Positions 50,401-62,524 of a DNA stretch of 64,000 bases are shown one piece after another; positions within the stretch are counted from its first letter, which is position 1; the number at the start of each line of letters is the position of its first letter. The stretch spans positions 34,844,001 through 34,908,000 of the forward strand of contig CM114271.1 in the NCBI GenBank assembly GCA_050084515.1, written 5' to 3'. Source of the DNA: Blasia pusilla (Eukaryota). The notes under the pieces are model-generated. The model had not been told where the DNA came from and searched no databases. It worked only from the letters and a program-made list of their open reading frames with translations. The position numbers and the translations under genes are program-made.

Positions 50401-51939
50401 CTGTCGTAAAGCCCAATGTCTCTTTCTCCTACACAAAATTTGGCAGCGCTTCCGCGCTGATTTTCCCCAACAAAAATATAAAACCTTTAAAAATACAAAT
50501 CATCAAGCTATATGGTGCTCCCAAGAGCGCCGACATGGGGCAGTCCGCCCCCATAATCAATCCCTATCAGAAATTGGGCAACACTTCCGTGCCACACTCT
50601 TCCACACAAAAAATCGGCAAATGCAAAGAACAATCAAAGCAACCCTTGCTCCGGTGAGCACTCCCATGAGCCGCTGAATGGGGAACACGATCCCCAACCT
50701 GCAAAAAAAGCGAGTGACCAGTGAGTTTCCCCTTGAAGCTCTCTCACTCTCTCATTTCTCTCTTTGTAAAGTAAAATCCAATCTCTCTCTACACCATCTC
50801 ACACCCTAGCTCTCAAAGGTGTGCACTCTCTCTCATGTCAAACCAAACCCACTTTCCTAATAAGAGGCTTGGGTTACACTCACAAGGAGAGGGACCATAG
50901 CTCTACCGCCTTATGCCAAGAGGTTCAACAAAGAGAGAATGAGCTCTCAAGCTCTCTCTCTCTCTTGGAAGTATACCCCGTTCCCTCTCCCAAGCCCTCT
51001 GAACAGTAACCTATGCTCGTAGGTCACCTCCTTGGCTCTTGACCTACTCTAGCGGGTCAAGGGTCACTTCCCAAAGTAGAAAGTCAACTATCCCCAACAT
51101 GGAAACTTACTAAAATAATAAGTTTCTTTATATGACTCCAAATGAGCCAAACGAAGGGGAAACCTTCTCTCTCAAGTTTCTCGGGGCCTCAACAGGTCCT
51201 CCTCGACCTCCAAGGCTTGTTTTCCACTTCTCGTGCAGCCGCTTTGCTAGATCCCACTGATCTATCCTAATAGTCGTGACAAGGTTCAACAAAGAGAGAA
51301 TGAGCTCTCAAGCTCTCTCTGCTTGAGGTATATCCTTCTCTTCTCCCAAGCTCTCTCCATGGTAACCTTTGCTCCCAAGTCACCTCCGTGGCTCTTGACC
51401 TCATCTAGAAGGTCAAGGTCAACTTACCAAAAATATAAAGTTGATCATATACTCAAATGGTACTAACCTAAAATAGCAAATTCCTCAATATGACTCCAAA
51501 TGAGCCGAAATGAAGGGGAAACCTGCTCTCTCACATTTTCCGGGGCCTCAATAGATCATCCTTGACCTACTGAGCCTTTCCTCCACTACTCACAAAAGTG
51601 CTCTACTAGATCTCATCAATCTATCCTAAAAGATGTGACAGTTGTCGTGCGCATACACATCGCTACACAACATACATCATTGTCACCGAACACACACAAA
51701 CATGCACGATCCCATGCTAATTCATGCCATCCAAACAACGAAACAAGAAGTACCAAAATATCTCCAATTACCCTCCTAGTTGGTGGTTAGGTCCCTCTAA
51801 CTCCAGATAGCTATCTATCCCTATCTACCATGACATACATCTCTCAGACGCTAAGAGCAAGAAGATCGGGTGCTCATGTTGCCCCATCGTTAGTCGCCTT
51901 CTTGTCATCCATGTCACAGACACAAGTCGTAATGTAGAA

Positions 51940-52095
51940 CTACCTACTCTCTGTACATCTGGGACACATCCATCGTCCTTGAGGAACCCTAGTGAGAGGT
52001 GGCGTCAAACATGCCATATGCCATCCTCTCGAACACCCATCACATACTAGCATAGTGGTTGCACCACAGGCGGAACCACACAACATACACCGCAA
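51940..52095 (-). pseudogene. PHD finger at the C-terminus of the family B integrase (copy 2)
   Basis: CMLCGSACGATTMLVCDGCSRGWHMACLTPPLTRVPQGRWMCPRC has the C4HC3 PHD pattern. A frameshifted homolog lies at ~41820-41960 and a remnant at ~63430-63515. Confidence 0.92.
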
Positions 52096-55000
52096 GCATG
52101 CAAGAACTATTGCTAAGCTCAGATCAACTATATCGTCAATTTTTGGAAGATGACATGGCACACAATTATGCACATGGTCCTTCCAAACCATAACATCGTG
52201 TCCCTCCAAGAAGAGAACACCGGATGGCGAAACCTCACGCACTCTCAAGATGGTGCGCCTTGTAGTCATATCCAACGTCGTGGATGCCGTCTGCTGCAAG
52301 TAGATATAGTCTCCTTGATGAAACCTCCGGATAGTAGGTCGATAACCACCTCCTCAAATAGTCGCATACCTCAACGTATCCCGATGTTGCGCAATCGCCA
52401 AGTTTTCAAACGCCTTGGGCATCACTCTCCAAAACAACTCAACCCTCTGAGATTATGCTCACATCCATACATCAGGGTCATCAAGGTTCAACACCTTACC
52501 AACATCTTGACGAATGGCCGCTGGTAAATCTGGTTGTTGGCCATAAAGCAACAAGTACGGTGAGAAAGATGCTAAGGATGCCTGCCTGCTAAATCTTTAT
52601 CCCATCGCCAACCACGGCAACTGAAGGTCCCAATCTCCTAGGTGACCTCTCTGCAAGCCATACTTGCATAGTCCTCTCTTCATCGTCTGCACGACCCGCT
52701 CCACTAGTCCATCCACCTCAGGATGATCTCACGAAGTAGTGCGGTGGTCGATCATTGCCTGATCATACAAGGTCTGAAACTCCCCATGGAACTCTGTACC
52801 CTGGTGTGTCAACAGCTCAGCTAGTGCACCGTAATGACTTAGCACTTGATCTAGGAAGGCATACGCTACTCCCTCACTCGCTTTGTCAGGCAATGCAACC
52901 AACTCTATCCACTTCGAGAAGTGCTAGACCATCACCAACACATAACAACTATGGCGCTCCGTCAAAGGCAAAGGTCCTGCAAAATCCAAACTCCATCTAT
53001 AATCTAAACCCATGATCGCAAGTGGATGGAGCTGTGGAGTTGGAGCATTAAACAATGCTCAGACTCGATCACATACCATGCATTTGGAAACAAAGTGCTG
53101 AACGTCAGTCTACATGCCTCCCCACTCCAATACTGAATCTGGAGCAAGGTGTACGTCTGCTTCACTCCAAAATGATCCAACTCCTTGTGGGCATGACGCA
53201 CCAAACATGCTCTCTACGAAGGATGAGGCACTACATGCACTCTACCATCCTCCCACACTCGCAACATATGTGTTCCCTTCCACCAGAACCGTCTGGCTTG
53301 CTGTAGGATCCCATCCTGCTCTCTAGCACCCACTCTACTCGCGACGCTGCAAATACGCCGGTACTCCAAGACCACTCCATCATTTTGAATGTCTCGGCCA
53401 CCTGTCATCTCCTCACCCGCCTCTGGATCTAAGGACTCTCCATCAGACCTCGCCATCGAAGTCTCAAAAATTTGGCTCTCCATAGCTAACAAGCCCAAAT
53501 AGGCTTACGCATGCCATCTTGGCACCAACTCCTCATCACTCTCACCATGCTAATGAGCTCCAGTCGCATCTCGTTGACTCGAGCATGGGTTATGGCTCAA
53601 ACCATCTACATTGTGGTTGAGCATCCTAGGTCTATGCACCACCTGGAAGTCATACTCCTGCAACAAAAGAGCCCACCTCGCAAGCTTCCCTGTAAGCTTT
53701 TCGGACTCCATCAATCACTTAAGTGGCTAATGATCACTAATGATGGTAAAGGGATTGCCGAATAGATAACATCTAAAATGTACGACACCCCACAGTATAG
53801 CCAAGCACTCACCCTCATACGAGCTATACTTCACCTTTGCAGCGTTGTTGGAGCGACTAGCGTAAGCCACCACAAACTCTCTACCATCATCGTCATGCTA
53901 GGTGAGCACCGCTCCAAGCCCCAACATGCTCTAATCGTTACGCAATTGGAAAGGACGCCCCCCGATCGGTCTCCTCAATATGGGCACGGACGTCAATCTG
54001 TCCTTGAGCATCTAAAATGCTCTCTCTTGCTAATCCCCCCAATGCCACTCCTGATCCACTTTGGTCATCAAGGTTAGTGGCTTCGCAATCGAACTGAAAC
54101 TCTTGACGTACCGTCGATAAAAGTTTGCCAATCCCATGAATGCACGAACTCGACTCACATGTGTAGGGCGTGGAATGTTTGAAATAGCCTCTACCTTTGT
54201 CTATTGCACACTAAGGCCCCCTGGATATATCGTATGACCCAAGTACTCAATCTGGTCGTAGAAGAACTTGCACTTGCCTAGATGTAGCTTCAACCCATAT
54301 AACTGCAATCGTCGAAACACCTCCTCTAGATGTCGCTCATGCTCCTCAACCGTGGCGCTAAAGACTACAATGTCATCAATATAACATCTAGCAAAATCCA
54401 AACCTGGCAAGATCCTATCCATGACCCTCTGAAACTCAACCAGGGCATTCTTTAACCCGAATGGTAAGAACCGCCACGGGTACAAACAATCCTTGCCGTA
54501 AGGATCGAAGCCCCAAAATGCCGTCTTCTGCCTGTCCTCCAATTTGATAGGCATCTAATGGTATCCGACTCACAAATCCAATGAATTGAAGACCTTCGCA
54601 TGCCCAATCACATCAAAGATCTCTTGAGGGGTGGGCATGGCATACCTATCGGACTTTGTCTGCCAATTGATAGGTCGATAATCTCCATACATCCGCATAT
54701 CTGTCTAGTTGCCATGCACATCCTTCTTGGCGGGCATGACAATGGCACATGCATACTCTCCATGCGACATCTCCACTAGTCCTGCTCCAACCAAGTCATG
54801 GCTTCTACTTTGAATCAGAGCCCTATCCATGTCATTGTACCTGTAGGGTCCTCAGAAGATTGGCGTGTCACTTGACAATTCAATGCGGATCCCTGGACCC
54901 TTCAGGGTACCCAAATCATGCATACTAAATGCAAAAAAGCTCCTATAACTCCTAAGGAATTGGTGTATCCGACGCGCTCTCCTGCTGTCAACTTAGGGCC

Positions 55001-55339
55001 CATATCTGCCTCCCAAGTCTCCATCGTGACTACGGTAGGACTCTCCAGCGCAGATGTCGGTGGTTGCTATGGTGCAACCTCGTCTCGGACAATAGAACTC
55101 TCATCTCCATGTGCAGTACTCGGAACCACGCTCAATGTTGTGGCTATCATCTCTTGGCGTTCCTGCAAAACATCCCAAGAAGTCCAAGGATGTCTCTCCC
55201 GATCACCCCTAGTGTGTCGATCTCCTTGGTTCTCGCCCCGGCCCCAGCCACTGCCTCAACCATCTCGGTAGGCATGGGGCTCACCAACGCAGCACCTGTG
55301 ATCTATCGTATTCTCAAATGACGTTGCTAAACTATTCCT

Positions 55340-56290
55340 AAGTTGAAAATCCATGTCAAGTAGTTCAGGTCCATCGCCTGACCCAAGCAATGATGTCGTG
55401 ATGCCTCTGATAGTGACTGTACTTCCATCACTCCTGTGGGAAATCCCATCGCCCACTCTGGCTGATCGGCGTTGGGCTCCACCAATCTCTGTACCTCGTC
55501 GTCCCAAACCAAGCCAGATCCGGCCTCCTTAAATGCATAGGAAGAGGAAAAACTCACAAATGTGGGAAAGGCTGCTCGTGGCATGCCAATCTTGTTGACC
55601 ACAATCAATGGCGGTGGATCATTGTGCCTCATTGCCTGTGATCGACAGCCCAGATCCAATATAGAATCCACCAACAAATCGGTGGGACGCTCCACTCTCG
55701 CATAAGCCCTCCGCAACACCTCATGTGGTACCAATTTGGTCCACCGAAGACGTGGGCGGTGTGCTCTAGAACCTACACTCGCCGCATCTAACAACATTTC
55801 CGGGCCGATCCACGCACTCACCTGATGTGCACTCGTCACCACGCGGGACCTCGAATCGCCCAAAATCGGCACATTCTCCAAAATGTATGCTCGAGAACGA
55901 AGCTGATGCTCCTCTAAATGTTGCAAGATCCGCATCATCTCCCAAAACAACGTGGACAGAGTGTCACTTAACCCGCTACTTCGTCCAACACTCGATTGGC
56001 CCAGACACGACCATTCAGCAATGACCAAGTCTATGGTCCCCACCCGCTCCAAGTCCTACGCCCCCAATAATAAAATGTCCCTCGGTAGGGAACTCTGGTA
56101 ACCCTGAATGGCGGACGCAGACAACAAGTCGGAAAAATGGAGGCGTAACAGCGCCATATGGTGAAGTGAAGCGCGCCTCACAACATCATCAATCTCCACA
56201 TACATGTACTGTTGCACGCGCACTCCAACGTGCAAAACAATAGCTAATCCAGTGCTAATCCCTCCAAAGAGATCCTACACCCGAATACCC
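55340..56290 (-). pseudogene. DNMT3-like C5-cytosine DNA methyltransferase domain inside the pol of family B copy 2
   Basis: GIRV*DLFGGISTGL..YMYVEID, IDLVIAEWSCLGQS, LFWEMMRIL, YILENV, LDAASVGSRAHRPRL and EWAMGFPTG..SRHHCLGQAMDL. Confidence 0.88.
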
Positions 56291-58634
56291 TTCTGTGGGA
56301 TGCACCACACAATCGGGTTGGTGTCCAAAGGGGTCATAGCAGCACTCTTGGCTACCTAGGGTTCTTCTGACCCGTCACACTCTAGTGCAAACGTCTGGCT
56401 CCACGCGATCTGCATATGCTCAGTGGCTAAGCGTCGAAGCTCCTCAGTCAAGCCCCACAACGGCACCTCTCTTCCACGAAAGGATGCGGCTACCATAACA
56501 CTCCTCTCCATAGAAATGTCAAGAACGAGAGTATCCTCTACATGGACATGTTCCTCAATCAAATCACCAGGCCAAGTGATGGCACTGCTAAATGCTGCTA
56601 AGGTCGCCATCTCTCCTGGCCGTCGCTCGATCATTGCACATGTGAATCGAACGGGTAATGAGCTAAGGCACCCATCACCTGACTCCCATCCTAGTCTATA
56701 GGATGTTGACTCCTCCGAGTAATCCACGGAAAACCCCATCAGATATAACACTGCTCCACCAACGAAGACGTCATATGACCCTTCATCACTCAGTATTGCC
56801 TTGGCTCGCACCACAGACTCATCTGTAGGACGTCCCAGGCGAATCCTCACCACGACCTCCTGTTGGGTGATATACTGTGTGGTACTCAATCCACCCAAGG
56901 ATGTTTGTATCCGGAATGGACAACGATCCACATCGGCTCTCGTCAAGCCCAACCCTCTGAATGACGTTTTCCCCAACATCAGGGGTTGCGCTCTTGAATC
57001 CAACAAGACGCGCTACGGACTAAAAGCTCTACCTCTTGGACTCACCAATTGGAAGACGTCTTCCCAGTTATCCAGCAAAACAACACCAAGAGAAGCCATG
57101 GCACGCACTATCGCGGGTCTAGCGGGCATCTCCGCCATCCTAGCAGCCGCAGCCTACCATGAATCTGACATGGACAACCCGAGCATCCGCTCCAAGGGCA
57201 CGTCCATCACCTCCTCTGCAATCACCTATGAATGTGATGCAAGATTTCCAACTCCACGCTCACATAGCGTAGCGGCCAACCAAAAAACCTCGGCGGGCGT
57301 ACTTCCCAACGTCATAACATCAGAAGCAAAAAATAAAGGAGCGCAGTACACAACGGTGGCCGCCCCCAACAACATGCTCGACACATGCCCCTCCTTAGCA
57401 TCAACAATAGGAGTCGTCACACTCGCTTCTCCCATCGCCCTCCGTGCGTGCACACCAACAACATCACCAACTCTCCAAGAACTCTGAGGAGGACCCATTG
57501 ATGGGGTCCTCATCGCCTCGGACAACGTGAAAGATTGAGGAAGCCTAGTCTGTTTCCTGGCTTCCCCTTGATGTGGATCCAACTCTGAGGCTGCTCCACG
57601 TGTCATAATTGCGGCGGTCTCTATCTGGGCAACCCCGCATATCCAACCAGGATCCTCCATATCTCTGGCTGCTCCATATGATGTCGATGCCACAGATCTG
57701 GCATTAGATAACCTCAATGCCATGGCGGAAATCTGCTCTTGTAGCAGCTGTATCTGAGCAACCATCCTAGCCTCACGCATGGCATCTCCCTCGACGCGTT
57801 TAGGTGGTGGGACTTTACCTCCTCCATGGGCAGCTCCACCACCATGTCGAGCAACTTGAGCTCCTCGTCCCCCAACAAGACCACCAAGTGCACAATCTCT
57901 AGATCCACCTGGATTGGCTACTCGCTCTGGTGCCCTCTTTGGCCCTCGGTCTGGACGTAACTCAGGGTGTAAATTGAAAAATCTGGCGTGTGTGTGACCA
58001 TACCTCTGACAATAGTCACACTGATAACCTCTTGGGGTAGAACCATCTCCTCCTCCATGCTGAGGCACACGTCCATGACCCTGATGAGTGCAATCACGTT
58101 GATGATGGGCTCCACCACATGACCAAAAAGTAATCGTAGGTGGCTACTATTGAGCTGCATATGAGGGCGTAGGTCTCTGTGGCACGGCCTCTCAATATCT
58201 TCCTTGAGCTCGTGGTGCCACAGTTGACCTATCTCAAGGTCCACGCTGCTGCACTAGTGGTGCAGACAATCGTGACTGCTCTCGCCCATAACCCATGGTG
58301 GCTATGTTCTCCTCCGCTATGTTGCGCTAATGTTCTCGGCGGTCCTAAAAACATCTCTCAACGTAGGGGAGGTGTTCATAAGAAGCACCCCTCCCGCACC
58401 CGTGTCCGCAGGGTCCGGTCCAAGCATCGCATATCATGACTTGATAGCCTGAGCCTCTGTCACCCCTTGAGTGACGTTGATCAACCGGCGCAAGTGAGTG
58501 TAAGCCTCACAAAAACTGTCACCCAGGCGCCTCTGGAAGTCATGGATGCTCCGCAACTTCTCCGTCCGTACCCCTTGGTAGCTTGATCTCAACTCAACGA
58601 AGAACTCAACCATGGGGTTGAACCATGGGGTTGA

Positions 58635-58685
58635 ACTCGCACTAGAGCAGTTGCAACTAGACGATGCAACTGCTCTAGTGCGAGT
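58635..58685. repeat. Perfect 21-bp inverted repeat with a 9-nt spacer, preceded by a 13-bp direct duplication
   Basis: actcgcactagagcagttgca / tgcaactgctctagtgcgagt, with aaccatggggttg x2 at 58608-58633. Confidence 0.9.
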
Positions 58686-59375
58686 GATTCCTCCTAAAAC
58701 ATCACTAGTGGAAGAGGAAGTAGCCTCTCATGACTCCTCCTCCTCCTCATTTGGGAACGGCTCCGTCCATGACACATAGTGTGGGTCATAGTAGAGTCGC
58801 CATGCCTCAATCTCTTGGGCATATCTGTGGGAGAACTCATGGTAATTGTCCATGGCCGCCCCCTCTAAATGCGCATACATACCGCTCCATGTTGTAAATC
58901 AGTTGAACTCTCTAGAGTTCCTAGCCCGCTATGAGTCACACCAACTCATAAACTCTGCAATGAAGTCAAGTAGCTGTATAGTGCCTACAGCACCTGAAAA
59001 CCTATGCGGTCCTCTACCTCGGTCGTCCATCTCGTACGCCCAATTGGTAGGACCACTCAATGTGTACGGTGGATCACTAACACACTCCTCTACACGCTCC
59101 TCCTCGTCTGAAGACGACACAAAAGTAGATCGAGGTGATCTCTCATGTGGAGGCCCTCGAAACCTCGCACTACTCCGGGTAAATCCTCCAGAGCTACTCT
59201 CAAGTCCACTACCTCGCCACTCAAAATCTTGAAAGGACGACATGATGGCCCTCGTGCCCCTCTCACACGATCACTCTCAATCTCGCGGGTAATCCCTCAA
59301 TCACTCAAACTAAACATGCGACACTCAATCTACACTCTCTCACTAAGACGTGTGTTGTGCAACAACAAGCAACGT

Positions 59376-60647
59376 TGTCGTGTCGAGAGCCTTTCTTCGA
59401 GTAAGGGCATGCCTTCTAGCTGCGGCACACGCGGTTGATGCAAGATGAACTCTATGAGAAGATCTCCTTTTTCAATATAAAATTATTATGTACACTCTCC
59501 ATTCTCTCACGACAGGTATCACAAATGGAAGTGCCGAGGCGATCACTACTTCGTAACATCGGACCCCGGAATTCCTAACTATAAAATCCCTATAAACTAT
59601 TTTATGCTTGTATACGAGGAAGATAGCACAACTAGTGTTAAACCCCACTTGAGCAGGCCTATTGACATCCATGGATCGCTATATAAGGACATACAAAGTA
59701 CAATCCCATGTCCTTCCATATGTGACGATAGGAAAGATCACCGGAGTTGGAGATTGAATGACCTGGTTCATGAACGCCTCCCCAAAGTGATAAACTAAAT
59801 AGTGAGTGAACCAGTGCATATCTACAAATAGTATCTTGATATGGTATGGATTAAGGAAAGGAAAGTCGGGCACAACTCGTGCTCCACCCCTATCCATGCT
59901 TGACAAACATTCTCTACTCTCCTCAAGAATGGGTTTTGGCGGAGTTATTCTCCCAAGAGGGATAATCCACTCTCATTGGGGAAGTAACAAGCCAAAACAT
60001 TCACTATATTAGTATGACTAAGCTCCTCTAAGGTGACAAACCTCTCATCTCCATACACACACCACACTCTAGCTTGAAGAATAGACCATGGTCAAGTTAC
60101 TCTCCCAGGAGGGGTGATCCACTCTCATTGGAAGAGCAAGAAATCCCAAAGTCATATACTCAAGAGTGACACGAAAGACTCAAGATGTGGAATAGGAGGT
60201 GATGAACCCTTGAAGATCCCTCCTCTTTATATACTCCCAAGAAACCCACAAGAGTACGAAATAGAGCTAATCTTATCTTGTGCCACATGGCTTCCTCTCA
60301 AGGCTTAGCCAATCACATTTTGACACAAGTAGATTTCCTCTAATCTCTTCCAAAATATCCTCTTTTACCAACTTGATATTTTCCAAATTACCCCAACTAA
60401 CCTAGCCACCAACCAAGCCTACTTTTGCTTTTCATTAAAGTACCAACCTCACTACTTTACTTTTATAAAGTCATCTTTTATTTATTACCTCCTTTTCTAA
60501 AGTTGGGCCCGCATAAAAGAGGCACCATAAAGAGGTTTAAACATAAGAATTTCCTTTTCCTTAGCTAATTTAGTTAATACTAGTAAAACTCTATCTAACA
60601 CTTAACGAGGAAGGAGTTTACACACTGGTTGATTTTACTATACGACA
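59376..60647 (-). mobile_element. Solo LTR of Gypsy family A inserted in the 5' leader of family B copy 2
   Basis: Termini TGTCGT...ACGACA, near-identical to 36648-37922. The flanks ACGT/AAGT look like a degenerate 4-bp TSD. Removing the insert restores colinearity with the empty site in copy 1 at ~49360-49385. Confidence 0.88.
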
Positions 60648-62524
60648 AAGTGGTGAGGCAAATCAACCGATCTATCGTCTCATCGACAAATGATCCTCAA
60701 CTCTGGACATCCCACACAGATTTATGTCCCCTAAACCCATACATTATCGATGCTCCTAGCATCAGCACGAAACACAATATCCCAAATAACTTCCCAATAC
60801 CTGCAAATCCCTCACACGTGGAGGGTAAGAGACCAGAATGGATAACCTGACAATAATGTCGATGTCGCTCCTCGGCAACTGCAAATCTCGACCCCAACTC
60901 GGTCGTGGAGACAACTCCTCCAACTACTCCTCTTGTACTAACACTGCTCAAACCTCCTCGATGTGCGGTGCACGTCCAGCGTTCCGGTTCGGCGCTAGTT
61001 GCACGGAACGGCTACAAACGGCATGGCACTCGGCGGCATACCCTCCTTAATCAGTAATTCACACGCTATGCTCCTTAGTGAAGGAGCGGCTCCGCAATCG
61101 AGACGGTGCAGTGCGGCCACGAGCGGCATGAGCGGCACGGTGCGGAAATCGGCGGCGCGTTGTGGCTACGGGCGTCACGGCACGATACTCGATGGTCGTC
61201 AAGCGGCTACCAATCATAGCATAGCAACATGAAATGAAAACTCAATCACCATAACCTGAGGTCACCTGTCATCAATGGTTGATGACAAAACTACCATGAC
61301 GATGGCGTCCAAACCAAAATATATGGTTGCAGCGCAAGTTAGAGAATCAACGATGGTCGTGGAAGACCCTCCACTCCGTATTGGTGGCAATGGCAACCAA
61401 AGGGTGGACAACAGCCGAACGCGGCTCTAAGCTACGCTAGGCGGCGGCAGCGGCCGACGGTGGACGGTTGACGGTGGACTATTGATGGTGACAATTGATC
61501 GTTGATGGTGAAGGCGGACCATTGACGATGATGGTTGGCCATTGATTATGACTATGACGGCAATGGTCGCCGCCGGCGCGGCGGCTGGTTTAGGGTTTGA
61601 ACAATTTAACCCTAAAAATTACCTAGCAATGGCAATTTTGCAAGATTGAACATAAATTTTTGTTCACAACTCCAAATTGCACACCGTTTGTTGCACAGCG
61701 TGCAAAGTTTCATGATCTACAACAACGTCAAAAAATTCAAATTTGGAATTGGATATTCTAGTAAAAACTGACGGGGGCTGTCGTAAAGCCCAATGTCTCT
61801 TTCTCCTACAAAAAACTCGGCAGGGCTTCTGCACTGATTTTTCCCAACGAAAATCTAAAACCTATGAGAACAAAAATCAGCAAGCTAATAGCCTCCAAAT
61901 ACCTATAACACAAACCAACATGGATGGAAATAAAGGATGCAGCTTACGCAACGTTGACACGATGGGATAGATCTCATATTGATACTATCGAATGACTATT
62001 ATAACTTTAAGGCATGTGCGGGGACACTTGGATATCTATAGTGGGCTCCAAAAAGGACTAGAGATGGAGCCACTAGGACGAGGGATGTAAAACCACTTCT
62101 ACATATAGTGGCTGTAAAGAGTAGTACTTATTATGGTATGACAAGTTACTTGAGGTAGAAGTATCCTTTCTTATTATAGAGCTTCTTTAGTGGATGTTAG
62201 TTTGAGACATGCGTAAAAATTGTATGATTGCATGGAGAGGAAATGAACATAATGGAAGATAAATTCCTATAAATATTAATCTTAAAGAATTTTTTGAATG
62301 TGGTAGGTGAAGTATTCAATGCCAAGTATAAGGAGGCCTTATGTTAGATAGGAAAATTGGCCATAAAAGTTGTTGGTGTGCAATTTTGATTTTTTTTGGC
62401 CTTTTATGGGGAATTAAGTTTCTTTTATGTTGTGTTGTAGCATCCAAAACTTGGAGAATCCTTGATGCATTTGTGTAGTTCTATCTATACGGGTGACTTG
62501 AGTTTTAGAGTGTGCAGATAAAGA

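Larger units (their letters stand above)
40991..51281 (-). mobile_element. Gypsy family B copy 1: LTR-gag-PR-DNMT-RT-RH-IN-PHD-LTR (degenerate)
   Basis: LTR-like direct repeats at 40991-41518 (left-truncated) and ~50722-51281. gag FQRRPGEILREAYTRL and knuckle CDYC. Protease region AQPLMLG (~46700). RT RMCGDYRPIN, LPFGLKN, YIDDI. RNaseH TDWSMLGLGAVL, SYEGECLA. Integrase WSLDFAGPLP, TDQGTEF, DGLAERVV. PHD at ~41820-41960. Confidence 0.9.
51282..61887 (-). mobile_element. Gypsy family B copy 2 (partial 3' LTR 51282-51640, no 5' LTR found), gag-PR-DNMT-RT-RH-IN-PHD, degenerate
   Basis: Colinear with copy 1 along its whole length. Knuckle CDYCQRYGH, protease LDSRAQPLMLG (~57000), DNMT ORF 55327-56052, RT KTAFWG..LPFGLKN..YIDDI, integrase HKELDHFG and PHD ORF 51940-52299. 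Similarity to copy 1 ends at about 61887. Confidence 0.9.

Noticed and set aside
36648-60647. The two family A LTRs as the paired ends of one 24-kb element
   Set aside because: The right LTR interrupts family B sequence that is contiguous in copy 1, has its own TSD-like flanks, and has no PBS or gag beside it, so it is a solo LTR.
61587-61616. TTTAGGGTT/AACCCTAAA as a telomeric array
   Set aside because: These are single telobox-like units in a TE leader (also near 50217), not tandem telomere repeats.
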